Assembly (NCBI GenBank): GCA_037445735.1 | Contig: JBBIJY010000024.1 | Span: 1 to 37,560 of the forward strand | DNA: 37,560 bases | Direction of reading: 5' to 3' | Source of the DNA: Armatimonadota bacterium | GTDB taxonomy: Bacteria > Armatimonadota > Fimbriimonadia > Fimbriimonadales > GBS-DC | In this document: positions 18,271-26,499 of the stretch, piece after piece | How the letters are laid out: every line of letters starts with the position of its first letter | Position numbering within the stretch: the stretch's first letter is position 1 | Program-made: the position numbers and the translations under genes | The notes under the pieces: generated by a model | Seen by the model: only the letters and a program-made list of their open reading frames with translations | Databases searched by the model: none | What the model was told of the DNA's origin: nothing

Positions 18271-20220
18271 GTGAAGATGCGCTGGGTTGCTGTCGGGATT
18301 GTGTGGGGATGGCTTCTGGGCTACCTCGCCCATGCAGACCTTGCCACCGCCCGTGCCCGCTTCGAGCAGGCGCTGCAGGTGCATGGCGGCGAGGCGTTTG
18401 CCCAGCTCGCCACGAAGGGCGTGCGCCTGAATGTGGAGGTCACCAGCGAGCGCGGCGGCAAAAGCGATGTGAAAATCACCACCTACCGCAAAGGCGAAAA
18501 GATTCGCACCGAGATCGAGCGCGGCGGCGAAACCGAGATCATCGGCTTCGACGGCACGAAAGGCTGGCGCAAGCAGGGCTATCTGGTCGCCCGCATCGCG
18601 CAGGAAGAGGTGCAGAGCCTGCTCGATGACCGCTACCACGACTTTATGGTGCTGCCCCTGCTCTATAAAGACGCCACGCTCATCGACGGAGGCGAGAGCA
18701 AGCTGCCCGATGGACGCACGGGCTACCGCGTCACCTTCCAGCTGCCTCTGTTGCCGCACCATAACAACCTGCCCAAAAAGCCCGACCGCAAGGTTCACTG
18801 CTACCTCAACGAGAAGGATCAGGTCATCGGGCTGGAGTACCAGATCGTCGATTATGAGACCGATGAGCTGTCGCGCGTGTTCGAGGCGTACCATAACTAT
18901 CGGCAGGTGCCGACACCTGCTGGCGAGGTGCTGGTGCCGTTCGAGACGCGCCTGTTCCTGAACGGCACGCAGGTGCGCAACCAGTTCTTTACCAGTCTGG
19001 ACACGAAGGAGGTGCCCGATACGCTGTTTGAGCGCCCTCCATGCGAGCCGCCGCCGATTGTGCGCGAGAAACTGCCCGCTAAAGTGCCCTTCCAGATGGT
19101 GCGCTTCTCGCTCTATGTGGAGGTCAAAATCAACGACAAGGGACCCTATCTGATTATCTTTGACACAGGGGCGTCGCGCTCGTGGATCGATACCAAAATC
19201 GCGAAGGAGGCGGGGCTGGAACGCATCCCCAAAACCGACCATGTGCTGGCGCTGGTCTACGGGCTGGTGCCTGCCTACGGCGCGAAGGCGAAAAGTGTCA
19301 AGATTGGCGACGCCGAAATCAAAGATGTAATCTTCTCCGTCGGTCCGCTGGACTACACCCCGCTGGGCAGTGATGAGGTGGACGGGCGCAAGGTGATTGG
19401 ACTGCTCGGACGCGAGATTATCTCCGCCTTCCAGATCACCATCGACTTCACCACGCGCACGATGACCTTCGAACCACCCGATGCCGAGATGCCCAGAGGA
19501 GTAGCCATCCCCTTCGAGATGTTCGGCGACCACATTCTGGTGACGATGGGCGTGGGCGAGAAACAGCAGATTCGGATGATTGTGGACACGGGCGCAGCGG
19601 CGAACCTGATGCCCCCCTCATTTGAACCCGACAAATCGTCCTGTGTCTGGATGAAGTTAGCGGACTGGTACAAGCGGATGGGCGAATTTTTTGAGGGCGA
19701 CGAGTACGAGTTCATGACGGGCGATATGCGCGTGATGCGCCTGCATAAGATGACGCTGGGCGAGTTGCGTTTTGGTCCCGTGTTCGCCTTCCAGAAGCCT
19801 GCCAGCACGGTCGCGTCCGATTCGGCGCTGATGCGCAAGGGCAAGCACGGGCTGCTGGGCATCCCGGTGATGCGCCATTACAAGATAACTTTCAACTATT
19901 TCCGTGAGCAGATGGTGTGGCAGCCACACACGGAGCGCGAACGCGCTGCCGATAACGCGGGCTACGGTATCCAGTGGCGGCGACAGGGCAAAGACCTCAT
20001 CATCCGCTGGGTGATGCCCCTCTCCGACGCCGATCTGGCAGGGATCAGGGCGGGCGACCGCATCCTGAAAATCGATGGGCAATCGCCCGCGAACTGGAGC
20101 GAGAAGCAACTGGTTGATCGCCTGCTCAACACAAAACCAGGGCGCCCGCTGAAACTCACTGTCCAGCGCGGACGACAGCAACTGGAGTTCAATCTGGTCG
20201 CGCTCAACTATGAGCTGTAA
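18271..20220 (+). CDS. Secreted tandem retropepsin-like aspartyl protease with C-terminal PDZ domain and N-terminal LolA-like region
   Basis: IIFDTGAS and MIVDTGAA catalytic motifs, each followed by GLLG. PDZ motif AGIRAGDRILKIDG. Signal peptide and SD GGAGG (start GTG 18271 or ATG 18277). Confidence 0.85.
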   Translation: MKMRWVAVGIVWGWLLGYLAHADLATARARFEQALQVHGGEAFAQLATKGVRLNVEVTSERGGKSDVKITTYRKGEKIRTEIERGGETEIIGFDGTKGWRKQGYLVARIAQEEVQSLLDDRYHDFMVLPLLYKDATLIDGGESKLPDGRTGYRVTFQLPLLPHHNNLPKKPDRKVHCYLNEKDQVIGLEYQIVDYETDELSRVFEAYHNYRQVPTPAGEVLVPFETRLFLNGTQVRNQFFTSLDTKEVPDTLFERPPCEPPPIVREKLPAKVPFQMVRFSLYVEVKINDKGPYLIIFDTGASRSWIDTKIAKEAGLERIPKTDHVLALVYGLVPAYGAKAKSVKIGDAEIKDVIFSVGPLDYTPLGSDEVDGRKVIGLLGREIISAFQITIDFTTRTMTFEPPDAEMPRGVAIPFEMFGDHILVTMGVGEKQQIRMIVDTGAAANLMPPSFEPDKSSCVWMKLADWYKRMGEFFEGDEYEFMTGDMRVMRLHKMTLGELRFGPVFAFQKPASTVASDSALMRKGKHGLLGIPVMRHYKITFNYFREQMVWQPHTERERAADNAGYGIQWRRQGKDLIIRWVMPLSDADLAGIRAGDRILKIDGQSPANWSEKQLVDRLLNTKPGRPLKLTVQRGRQQLEFNLVALNYEL

Positions 20221-20248
20221 AAAAAGCGGGGCTGTACCCCGCCTTCTT
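20219..20248. terminator. Bidirectional intrinsic terminator between convergent genes
   Basis: AAAAAAA-GCGGGG-CTGTA-CCCCGC-CTTCTT. Confidence 0.7.
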
Positions 20249-20255
20249 GAAGGGT

Positions 20256-20891
20256 TTACTGCTTGCGGCGACGCAGGAGCAGACCACCCAGCCCCGTCGC
20301 CAGCACCAGCATGCTGGCAGGCTCTGGAACCCAGTCCTGCTCGATGAAGGTGAGCGCCGCCAGCGAAGTGGGTCGACCATCGGTGAACAGCGCGAAGGTC
20401 TCGTACACCGTCACATTGTTAGACGGCGTGCTGAGTGTGGAGGGTAGCACCAGCGTGAACGGACCATCGCTGCCGCCAAAGCCAGAGCCGTTGATAACCC
20501 CGCTCTGCAGGTACAGGATGTTGCTGGTGGTGTTATCAACCACCTTCTTCACCCAGGCAATCTGGGCATTGCCCACGACGGCGCCCGAGATGACGAAGGT
20601 GAACCCTGTCAGTGCAGGCGTCGTGGGTGTCTGGGGCGTGATTTGATAGACACCCGTGAACCCGCCGTTGGTGAACCCCGTGCCGTCGCCCACAAAGATA
20701 GGCGGTGAGCTGGCGGAGGTCAGAAAAGTAACCTGCGGCAGCGGGTTCGAAATCACCACCGTCGGCACCGTCACCGTAACTGCAGGTGGATTAAGGACGC
20801 CCGTGCTGGTGGTGACCGTCACATTATATTGCGCAAACGTGCTTGTCCCGATTGTCAGGGCTGCCAGAGCAGCATACAGGCTTCGCTTCAT
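20256..20891 (-). CDS. PEP-CTERM sorting-domain protein
   Basis: Signal peptide, Thr/Ser/Gly-rich body, C-terminus VPEPASMLVLATGLGGLLLRRRKQ. Confidence 0.93.
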   Translation of the reverse strand: MKRSLYAALAALTIGTSTFAQYNVTVTTSTGVLNPPAVTVTVPTVVISNPLPQVTFLTSASSPPIFVGDGTGFTNGGFTGVYQITPQTPTTPALTGFTFVISGAVVGNAQIAWVKKVVDNTTSNILYLQSGVINGSGFGGSDGPFTLVLPSTLSTPSNNVTVYETFALFTDGRPTSLAALTFIEQDWVPEPASMLVLATGLGGLLLRRRKQ

Positions 20892-20950
20892 TTACATGGA
20901 ACCTCCTTTGCGTTGGTGTTGCGGGCGCATTGCCCGCTGCCTCTATTGGA

Positions 20951-20966
20951 AGCAACTTGCGTGCCA
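20951..20966 (-). promoter_or_regulatory. Sigma-54 (-24/-12) promoter of the PEP-CTERM gene
   Basis: The minus strand reads TGGCACGCAAGTTGCT, an exact match to TGGCACG-N4-TTGCW, 60 nt upstream of the ATG. Confidence 0.8.
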
Positions 20967-21007
20967 GAGGTTCCATGCAGAAGTAAAAACTGGTATTTTT
21001 GCAGTAT

Positions 21008-21046
21008 CCCTCCCCCCTGCAAGGGGAGAGGGTACGGGTGAGAGGG
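21008..21046. repeat. Single CCCTCTCCC...GGGAGAGGG-type palindromic repeat unit
   Basis: CCCTCCCCCCTGCAAGGGGAGAGGGTACGGGTGAGAGGG, 3 nt past the acyl-CoA dehydrogenase stop. Confidence 0.85.
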
Positions 21047-21049
21047 TTC

Positions 21050-22804
21050 CTAAAACGGGTATCCGCCGCGCTGGAGCACGAACTCCGCCAGGTGGTTGCG
21101 GGCGGACACAGCGTCGAGGCGCGGCAGGCTGAGCATGCGCTCTGCCCGTCGGAAGGCGTCAGCTGGTGCACCGAGCGCGTTCAGCACCAGATCGAGCCGT
21201 TCCCGCATCGTGAATGCGCCCTCGCGCGCGAACAGCCCCGCTGCAAGTTCGCCCGCCTCCGCCGCAGACCCGCGCAGCTTAGGCAATCGCGCCACGATGC
21301 TGTCCAGACCATACAGGCAGGCGGTCATCTCCGCGATGGCCGCTGCCACCTCCTGACGCTCTTCGCGCAGATGCTCGCCATACGCCTCGTACGCCAGCCG
21401 AAACGCGAACAGCGTCGCCTGACGGAACTGCTCCACCAGCGCAGCGAGCTGCTCACGCGGGCTGTCGGGCAGGCTCGCCACAGGGCGCGCCTCACGCTCC
21501 CGTGCCGCCTCCAGCAGCGGCAAGCCCGCCCGCTGCATCTGCCGAATCAGATGCTGGGTCAGGTTCAACCGATTGATCTCGTTCGTGCCCTCATAGATGC
21601 GCGGCACGCGCGACTCGCGGAACAGCTTCGCTATCGGGAAATCCTCAGTGTAGCCGTAGCCGCCGTGAATCTGCAGACCCTCGTCGGCACAGAAGTATTG
21701 CACCTCCGTGCCGTAGAACTTGAGCAGGGCGCATTCGCCCGCGTATTCGGATGCCGCGGCGCGATAGCGCAGATGCAAATCGGGATAATCGGGTGGCAGG
21801 GCATGAATCGGTTCGAACCATTCCTGCATGAGCGCGCCTGTGCGATAGAGCATGCTCTCTAATGCGAACAGGCGTGTGGTCATATCTGTTAGTTTCTGGC
21901 GGATCAGCCCGAAGCTGGCGATGGGTCGACCGAACTGCTGGCGCTCCTGCGCGTAGCGGGTGGCAAGCTCCAGCGCGTATTTGCCTGTGCCGAGCGCGCT
22001 CGCCGCCATCTTGTAGCGCCCCAGATTGAGCGTGTTGAGCGCGATATAGTGCGCTTTACCGACCTCGCCCAGCAGGTTCTCGGCGGGCACGAACACATTC
22101 TCGAAGGCGACTCGGCGCGTGCTGGAACCGTGCAAGCCAATCTTATGCTCCTCGCGACCGAGGTTCACCCCGTTGAAGGTGCGCTCCACCAGAAAGGCGG
22201 TGAACTGTTCGCCGTTCAGTTTGGCGAACACGGTGAACAGGTCGGCGAAGCCCGCGTTGGTGACCCACATCTTTTCGCCTGTGAGCCGATAGCCTTTGCC
22301 ATCGGGTGTGGGTATGGCGCGGGTGCGCATCGCGAGCGCGTCGGAGCCGCTGGATGGCTCGCTCAGGCAAAACGAGCCGCACCATTCGCCCGATGCCAGC
22401 TTCGGCAGGTAGCGTTCCTTTTGCGCGGGTGTGCCCTCCAGCACGAGGGGCAAAATCGCCAGTCCTGCATGCGCCTGCAGGGTCAGGCAGGTCGCCGGTT
22501 CGGGTCCCAGCTTCTCCACCAGCAGGGCGACCGTCGGCTTTGGCAGGTCTAACCCGCCGTAGTGAGTGGGCACTTCGGCGGCGGTGAAGCCCAGCTCGCC
22601 CATCTTGCGATCCAGCTCGCGCATCAGCCCTTCATGCGCCCGCTCAATTTCGGGCAGGCGGGGCAGCACCTCGTTGCGGATGAACTCCTCCGCTGTGCGG
22701 GCGATCAGGCGGGCTTCCTGATCGAAATCCTCGGGCGTGAAGGTCGCGCCCGCAGGCACACTCTCTATCAGAAACGCGGCACTGCGTCGGATCGGTTCGC
22801 TCAT
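21050..22804 (-). CDS. Acyl-CoA dehydrogenase (FadE/ACAD9-like, long C-terminus)
   Basis: FCLSEPSSGSDA, GEKMWVTN, KIGLHGSST, TLNLGR, R.QFGRPI..F, QIHGGYG, RIYEGTNEINRL. SD AGGAGG and GGTATAAT (22857-22850) upstream of ATG 22804. Confidence 0.93.
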   Translation of the reverse strand: MSEPIRRSAAFLIESVPAGATFTPEDFDQEARLIARTAEEFIRNEVLPRLPEIERAHEGLMRELDRKMGELGFTAAEVPTHYGGLDLPKPTVALLVEKLGPEPATCLTLQAHAGLAILPLVLEGTPAQKERYLPKLASGEWCGSFCLSEPSSGSDALAMRTRAIPTPDGKGYRLTGEKMWVTNAGFADLFTVFAKLNGEQFTAFLVERTFNGVNLGREEHKIGLHGSSTRRVAFENVFVPAENLLGEVGKAHYIALNTLNLGRYKMAASALGTGKYALELATRYAQERQQFGRPIASFGLIRQKLTDMTTRLFALESMLYRTGALMQEWFEPIHALPPDYPDLHLRYRAAASEYAGECALLKFYGTEVQYFCADEGLQIHGGYGYTEDFPIAKLFRESRVPRIYEGTNEINRLNLTQHLIRQMQRAGLPLLEAAREREARPVASLPDSPREQLAALVEQFRQATLFAFRLAYEAYGEHLREERQEVAAAIAEMTACLYGLDSIVARLPKLRGSAAEAGELAAGLFAREGAFTMRERLDLVLNALGAPADAFRRAERMLSLPRLDAVSARNHLAEFVLQRGGYPF

Positions 22805-22850
22805 CGTTGATCCTCCTGTCCGGTGGTCTGTAGCCCTCTCACCGAGGCGA

Positions 22851-23270
22851 TTATACCGCACTGCCCGCTGGTTCGCCCAGCCCCAGCATGCGGCGCAAGT
22901 CGCTGACGAAGGTCTCAATCAGCGTGCCAGGTGGATAGACCCCGCGCACGCCCATCTGCCGGAGGGTTTCCGCATCGTCTTCCGGGATGGTGCCGCCCGC
23001 AATCACGAGGATATCGTCGGCGTTGCGCTCCTTAAGCAGATTCAGGATGCGCGGGATGAGCGTCATATGCGCCCCCGACAGGATGCTGACGGCAATCACA
23101 TCGGCGTCTTCCTGCAGAGCGATTTCGACCACCTCTTCGGGCGTGCGACGCAGCCCCGTGTAGATGACCTCGAAGCCTGCATCGCGCAAGGCGCGCGCCA
23201 CCACCTTCGCGCCCCGATCGTGCCCATCCAGACCCACTTTGGCAACCACCACACGCGGAATGCGACTCAT
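22851..23270 (-). CDS. Methylmalonyl-CoA mutase family cobalamin-binding (small) subunit
   Basis: [13 protein letters not shown] (DxHxxG), SILSGAH, GGTIP. TACAAT 7 nt upstream of ATG 23270 (leaderless-like). Confidence 0.93.
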   Translation of the reverse strand: MSRIPRVVVAKVGLDGHDRGAKVVARALRDAGFEVIYTGLRRTPEEVVEIALQEDADVIAVSILSGAHMTLIPRILNLLKERNADDILVIAGGTIPEDDAETLRQMGVRGVYPPGTLIETFVSDLRRMLGLGEPAGSAV

Positions 23271-23294
23271 CAAGTGTATTGTACCATGATGATA

Positions 23295-23316
23295 GTGGGC
23301 GAGACGCCCAAGCTAC
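23295..23316 (-). repeat. GTAG-type REP palindrome (degenerate copy)
   Basis: Minus strand GTAGCTTGGGCGTCTCGCCCAC. Shares GCCAGTAGCTTGGGC with 8611-8625. Confidence 0.6.
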
Positions 23317-23318
23317 TG

Positions 23319-23345
23319 GCAGGATTCGGGCACGGCGGGACGAAT
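23319..23345 (+). promoter_or_regulatory. Putative SigH-like promoter of the epimerase/dehydrogenase pair
   Basis: GCAGGATT...ACGAAT (GCAGG-N18-GAAT), 12 nt before ATG 23358, no SD. Confidence 0.55.
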
Positions 23346-23357
23346 CGCTCTATCACG

Positions 23358-24146
23358 ATGAAACTGGCATGTCAGGAAGGGCTGGTGCCAGGCAATAGCC
23401 TGGCGGAGCGGCTGGAGCGGCTGCAGGCGTGGGGCTTTGAGGGCATCGAGTTCTGGGGCGGTGGGCTGAAGGAGCGGTTGCCCGAAGTGCAGAGCGCGCT
23501 CAAGAACAGCCCCGTTCGCGCCAGCACGGTGTGCGCGGGCTTTCGCGGCAGCCTGCTGGACGCCGACCCGCGCGAGCGCGAACGCGCCTGCCACGACATC
23601 AAAGAGCTGCTCTATGTCGCCGCCGACATCGGCGCGGTCGGACTGATTGTGGTGCCCATCTTCGGCGCTCCGCGCATTCCTGACCTGCGCCCGCTTGCCA
23701 GCCCCGAACAGCTGGAGTTCGACCTGCTCTGCCTGCTGCTGGACGAGCTGGCGCAGACCGCCGAGCAGGCAGGCAGCTATCTGCTGCTCGAACCGCTCAA
23801 CCGCTACGAGACGCACTTCATTCGCCGACTGGAGCAGGCGGTCGCCGTCTGCGAGAAGGTCGCTCGCCCGAACCTGAAGATTATGGCGGACTTCTTCCAC
23901 ATGTCGATCGAGGAAGCCGACACCCCTGCAGCGATTCGAGCCGCAGGGGAGTGGCTCGCCCATGTGCATTTAGCCGACAGCAACCGCATGCTGCCCGGTC
24001 AGGGGCACACCGATTTCCGCAGCGGGTTCGCCGCGCTCAAGCAGATTGGCTACACGGGCTACATGGCGCTGGAGTGTGGCGTGCTGGGCGACCCGCTGGA
24101 GGAGCTGCCGAAAGCCGCCCAGTTCCTCAAGGCGCAGATGGCATGA
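23358..24146 (+). CDS. Sugar phosphate isomerase/epimerase (xylose isomerase-like TIM barrel)
   Basis: GFEGIE, LEPLNRYET, DFFHM.IEE, HVHLADSNR..PG.GH.DF, ALEC. Confidence 0.92.
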   Translation: MKLACQEGLVPGNSLAERLERLQAWGFEGIEFWGGGLKERLPEVQSALKNSPVRASTVCAGFRGSLLDADPRERERACHDIKELLYVAADIGAVGLIVVPIFGAPRIPDLRPLASPEQLEFDLLCLLLDELAQTAEQAGSYLLLEPLNRYETHFIRRLEQAVAVCEKVARPNLKIMADFFHMSIEEADTPAAIRAAGEWLAHVHLADSNRMLPGQGHTDFRSGFAALKQIGYTGYMALECGVLGDPLEELPKAAQFLKAQMA

Positions 24147-25177
24147 AAGCGGTGGTCAACTACGCGTCGGAGCCGTGCAGTGTGGAGCTGCGCGAGATTG
24201 CTGAGCCGGTGCCCCGCGCGGGCGAGGTGCTGGTGCGCGTGCGCGCGGTCGGCGTGTGCGGCTCCGACCTCCATCAGTACCACGGCACGCACTCGTGGCA
24301 GGTGAACTACCCGGTGGTGCTGGGGCACGAGTTCGCGGGTGTAATTGAAGCCGTCGGTGAGGGTGTGGAGGGCTGGCAGGTGGGCGAGCGCGTGGTGTGC
24401 GAGACGGCAGCGGTCATCTGCGGGCAGTGCGCCTATTGCCGTACGGGACGCTATAACCTCTGCCCGCAACGGCTCGGCTTCGGCTACGGCACGCACGGCG
24501 CGATGGCACGCTATGTGCGCGCGCCCGCCCGCATCCTGCACCGCCTGCCCGATAACCTCTCGTTTGAGGACGGCGCACTGACCGAGCCGTGCTGTGTCGC
24601 CGCGCACGCCGTGATCGAACTCTCGCGCCCCAGGCCAGGCGATCTCGTCGTGGTGTTCGGCAGCGGTCCGATTGGATTGCTATGCCTGCAGATGGCGAAG
24701 CTCTTCTCGCCGCGCATGGCGGTGCTAGTCGCCTTAAGCACCGATGGCGAACGGCTGCGCATCGCCGAATCGGTGGGGGTGGACGCCATCCTGTTTGCCG
24801 ACAGGGACGATCTGGAGGGCTTCATACGGCGCGTGGGCGATGGGATGGGCGCCGATCTGGTTATCGACGCGGTGGGCAGCTCAACGGTGCTGGAGCCGTG
24901 CCTGCGACTGGTGCGACCCGACGGGCAGATCACCAAAGTCGGCTGGGGTCCCGAACCGCTCGGCTACAGCCTCGACCCGCTGGTGGGCAAAAATGTGCGG
25001 CTGCAGGGCAGCTTCAGCCACACATGGGGCACCTGGGAGCGCGTGCTGACCCTGATGAGCGCGGGCAAACTGTCGCTCGCGCCCCTGCGCCGAATCTTCT
25101 CGCTCAGCGACTGGCGCGCCGCCTTCCACGCGATGGAGAACCGCCAGACCGTCAAAAGCATGCTGATCCCGGAGTAG
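24143..25177 (+). CDS. Zinc-binding alcohol/sugar dehydrogenase (MDR family)
   Basis: GVCGSDLH, GHEFAG, C..C..C.......C structural zinc site, VFGSGPIG. ATGA overlap with the upstream gene. Confidence 0.93.
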   Translation: MKAVVNYASEPCSVELREIAEPVPRAGEVLVRVRAVGVCGSDLHQYHGTHSWQVNYPVVLGHEFAGVIEAVGEGVEGWQVGERVVCETAAVICGQCAYCRTGRYNLCPQRLGFGYGTHGAMARYVRAPARILHRLPDNLSFEDGALTEPCCVAAHAVIELSRPRPGDLVVVFGSGPIGLLCLQMAKLFSPRMAVLVALSTDGERLRIAESVGVDAILFADRDDLEGFIRRVGDGMGADLVIDAVGSSTVLEPCLRLVRPDGQITKVGWGPEPLGYSLDPLVGKNVRLQGSFSHTWGTWERVLTLMSAGKLSLAPLRRIFSLSDWRAAFHAMENRQTVKSMLIPE

Positions 25178-25227
25178 CGTCGCGCGGGCGGGTATAATTG
25201 ACTGCCTTTTCGCAAGGAGGTGAATCG

Positions 25228-25512
25228 ATGCCGAATACGAAGTCAGCGGAGAAGGCGCTGCGCAAGTCGCGGGCGCGCTATTTGCGGAACCGCTCCACCA
25301 AATCGGCGATTAAGACCTACACGCGGCGCGTGAAGGAGCTGGCGGAGCGGGGCGATCGGGAGGGCGCGCTGAACGCCCTGCGCCGCGCAGTCAGCATTAT
25401 CGATAAGGCGGTCAAGCGTGGCATCCTGCACCGCAACACGGGCGCCCGCAAAAAGTCGCGCCTGATGATCGCGCTCAACAAGCGGCTGACCCAGCAAAAA
25501 GCGAGCGAGTAG
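25228..25512 (+). CDS. rpsT: 30S ribosomal protein S20
   Basis: MPNTKSAEK...N...KS..KT, IDKAVKRGILHRN..ARKKSRL. SD AAGGAGGT; TATAAT at 25193-25198. Confidence 0.97.
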   Translation: MPNTKSAEKALRKSRARYLRNRSTKSAIKTYTRRVKELAERGDREGALNALRRAVSIIDKAVKRGILHRNTGARKKSRLMIALNKRLTQQKASE

Positions 25513-25536
25513 GGGCGCACAGCGGTGTGCCCCACC
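25509..25536 (+). repeat. GTAG-type REP palindrome overlapping the rpsT stop codon
   Basis: GTAG-GGGCGCAC-AGCG-GTGTGCCC(C). The TAG of GTAG is the rpsT stop. Confidence 0.6.
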
Positions 25537-25549
25537 CATCAACAGGGCG

Positions 25550-26296
25550 ATGGTCGAGCTACAGGGCGTAAGCGTGGTGTATGGGGAGAACTACGCGCTG
25601 TGTCGGGTCCACCTGAAGGTGGAGCCAGGCGAGTTCGTGTTTCTGGTGGGCACGACGGGCGCGGGCAAATCGACGCTGCTCAAACTGCTCTATGGCGCAC
25701 TCCGCCCGACCGAAGGGCGCGTGCTGGTCGACGGGCAGGAGGTGAACCGCCTGCGCGAGCGCGACATCCCGTTCCTGCGCCGACGGATGGGCATCATTCC
25801 GCAGGATTACCCGCTGCTGCCCCGCAAAACGGTGTGGGAGAACATCGCCTACGGCTTGCGCGCGATCGGCTATTCCCAGCGGGCGGTGCGCCAGCGCGTG
25901 GCGCAGGTGCTGAACCAGGTCGGCATGAGCGCGCAGGCGAACGCCTATCCGCATCAGCTGTCGGGCGGCGAGGCGCAGCGTGTCGCGATTGCCCGCGCCC
26001 TCGCCAACAACCCGCCCCTGCTATTAGCCGATGAGCCAACCGCCAACCTCGACCCCGAAACCTCGTGGGAGATTATTCAGCTGCTGCTCCAGATTAACCT
26101 GCGCGGCACCACGGTGATCGTGGCGACGCATAACCGCGCGGTGGTGGATCGGGCAAATCGGCGCGTGGTCGCGCTCGATCGGGGACGCATCATCAGCGAT
26201 GTGCCGCGTGGGGGCTACCCCGCCGAGCTGGATCGGCTCTACGCCTCGACCGCCGTCGTGCAGGAGAACCCCTTCCCCCGCTATACCCGCCCATAG
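25550..26296 (+). CDS. ftsE: Cell division ATP-binding protein FtsE
   Basis: GEFVFLVG..GAGKST, IPFLRR..G...QD..LL, LSGGE.QRVAIARA, ADEPT.NLDP.TSWEI, IN.RGTTV..ATH, C-terminal GGY. Confidence 0.9.
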   Translation: MVELQGVSVVYGENYALCRVHLKVEPGEFVFLVGTTGAGKSTLLKLLYGALRPTEGRVLVDGQEVNRLRERDIPFLRRRMGIIPQDYPLLPRKTVWENIAYGLRAIGYSQRAVRQRVAQVLNQVGMSAQANAYPHQLSGGEAQRVAIARALANNPPLLLADEPTANLDPETSWEIIQLLLQINLRGTTVIVATHNRAVVDRANRRVVALDRGRIISDVPRGGYPAELDRLYASTAVVQENPFPRYTRP

Positions 26297-26306
26297 CCTG
26301 GTTCAG

Positions 26307-26478
26307 CCCCTCTCTCGTGCTGCGAGGGAGAGGGTTGGGATGAGGGGTTTCTGAGTCCCTCTCCCCCAGCGAGGGAGAGGGTTGGGATGAGGGGTTTCTG
26401 AGTCCCTCTCCCCCAGCGGGGGAGAGGGTACGGGTGAGGGGCAGACCGCAACCAGAAGCCGATGCAACCCCTCACCCG
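26307..26478. repeat. Tandem array of three palindromic repeat units (47-bp period) plus a partial inverted unit
   Basis: GCGRGGGAGAGGG at 26322, 26369 and 26416, with the identical linker TTTCTGAGT. CGGGTGAGGGG (26431-26441) pairs with CCCCTCACCCG (26468-26478). Confidence 0.9.
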
Positions 26479-26499
26479 AAGCCTCAAAAAGGGAGCGGG

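Noticed and set aside
26307-26441. Possible CRISPR array
   Set aside because: The linkers between units are identical rather than unique spacers, there are only three units, and no cas genes are present.
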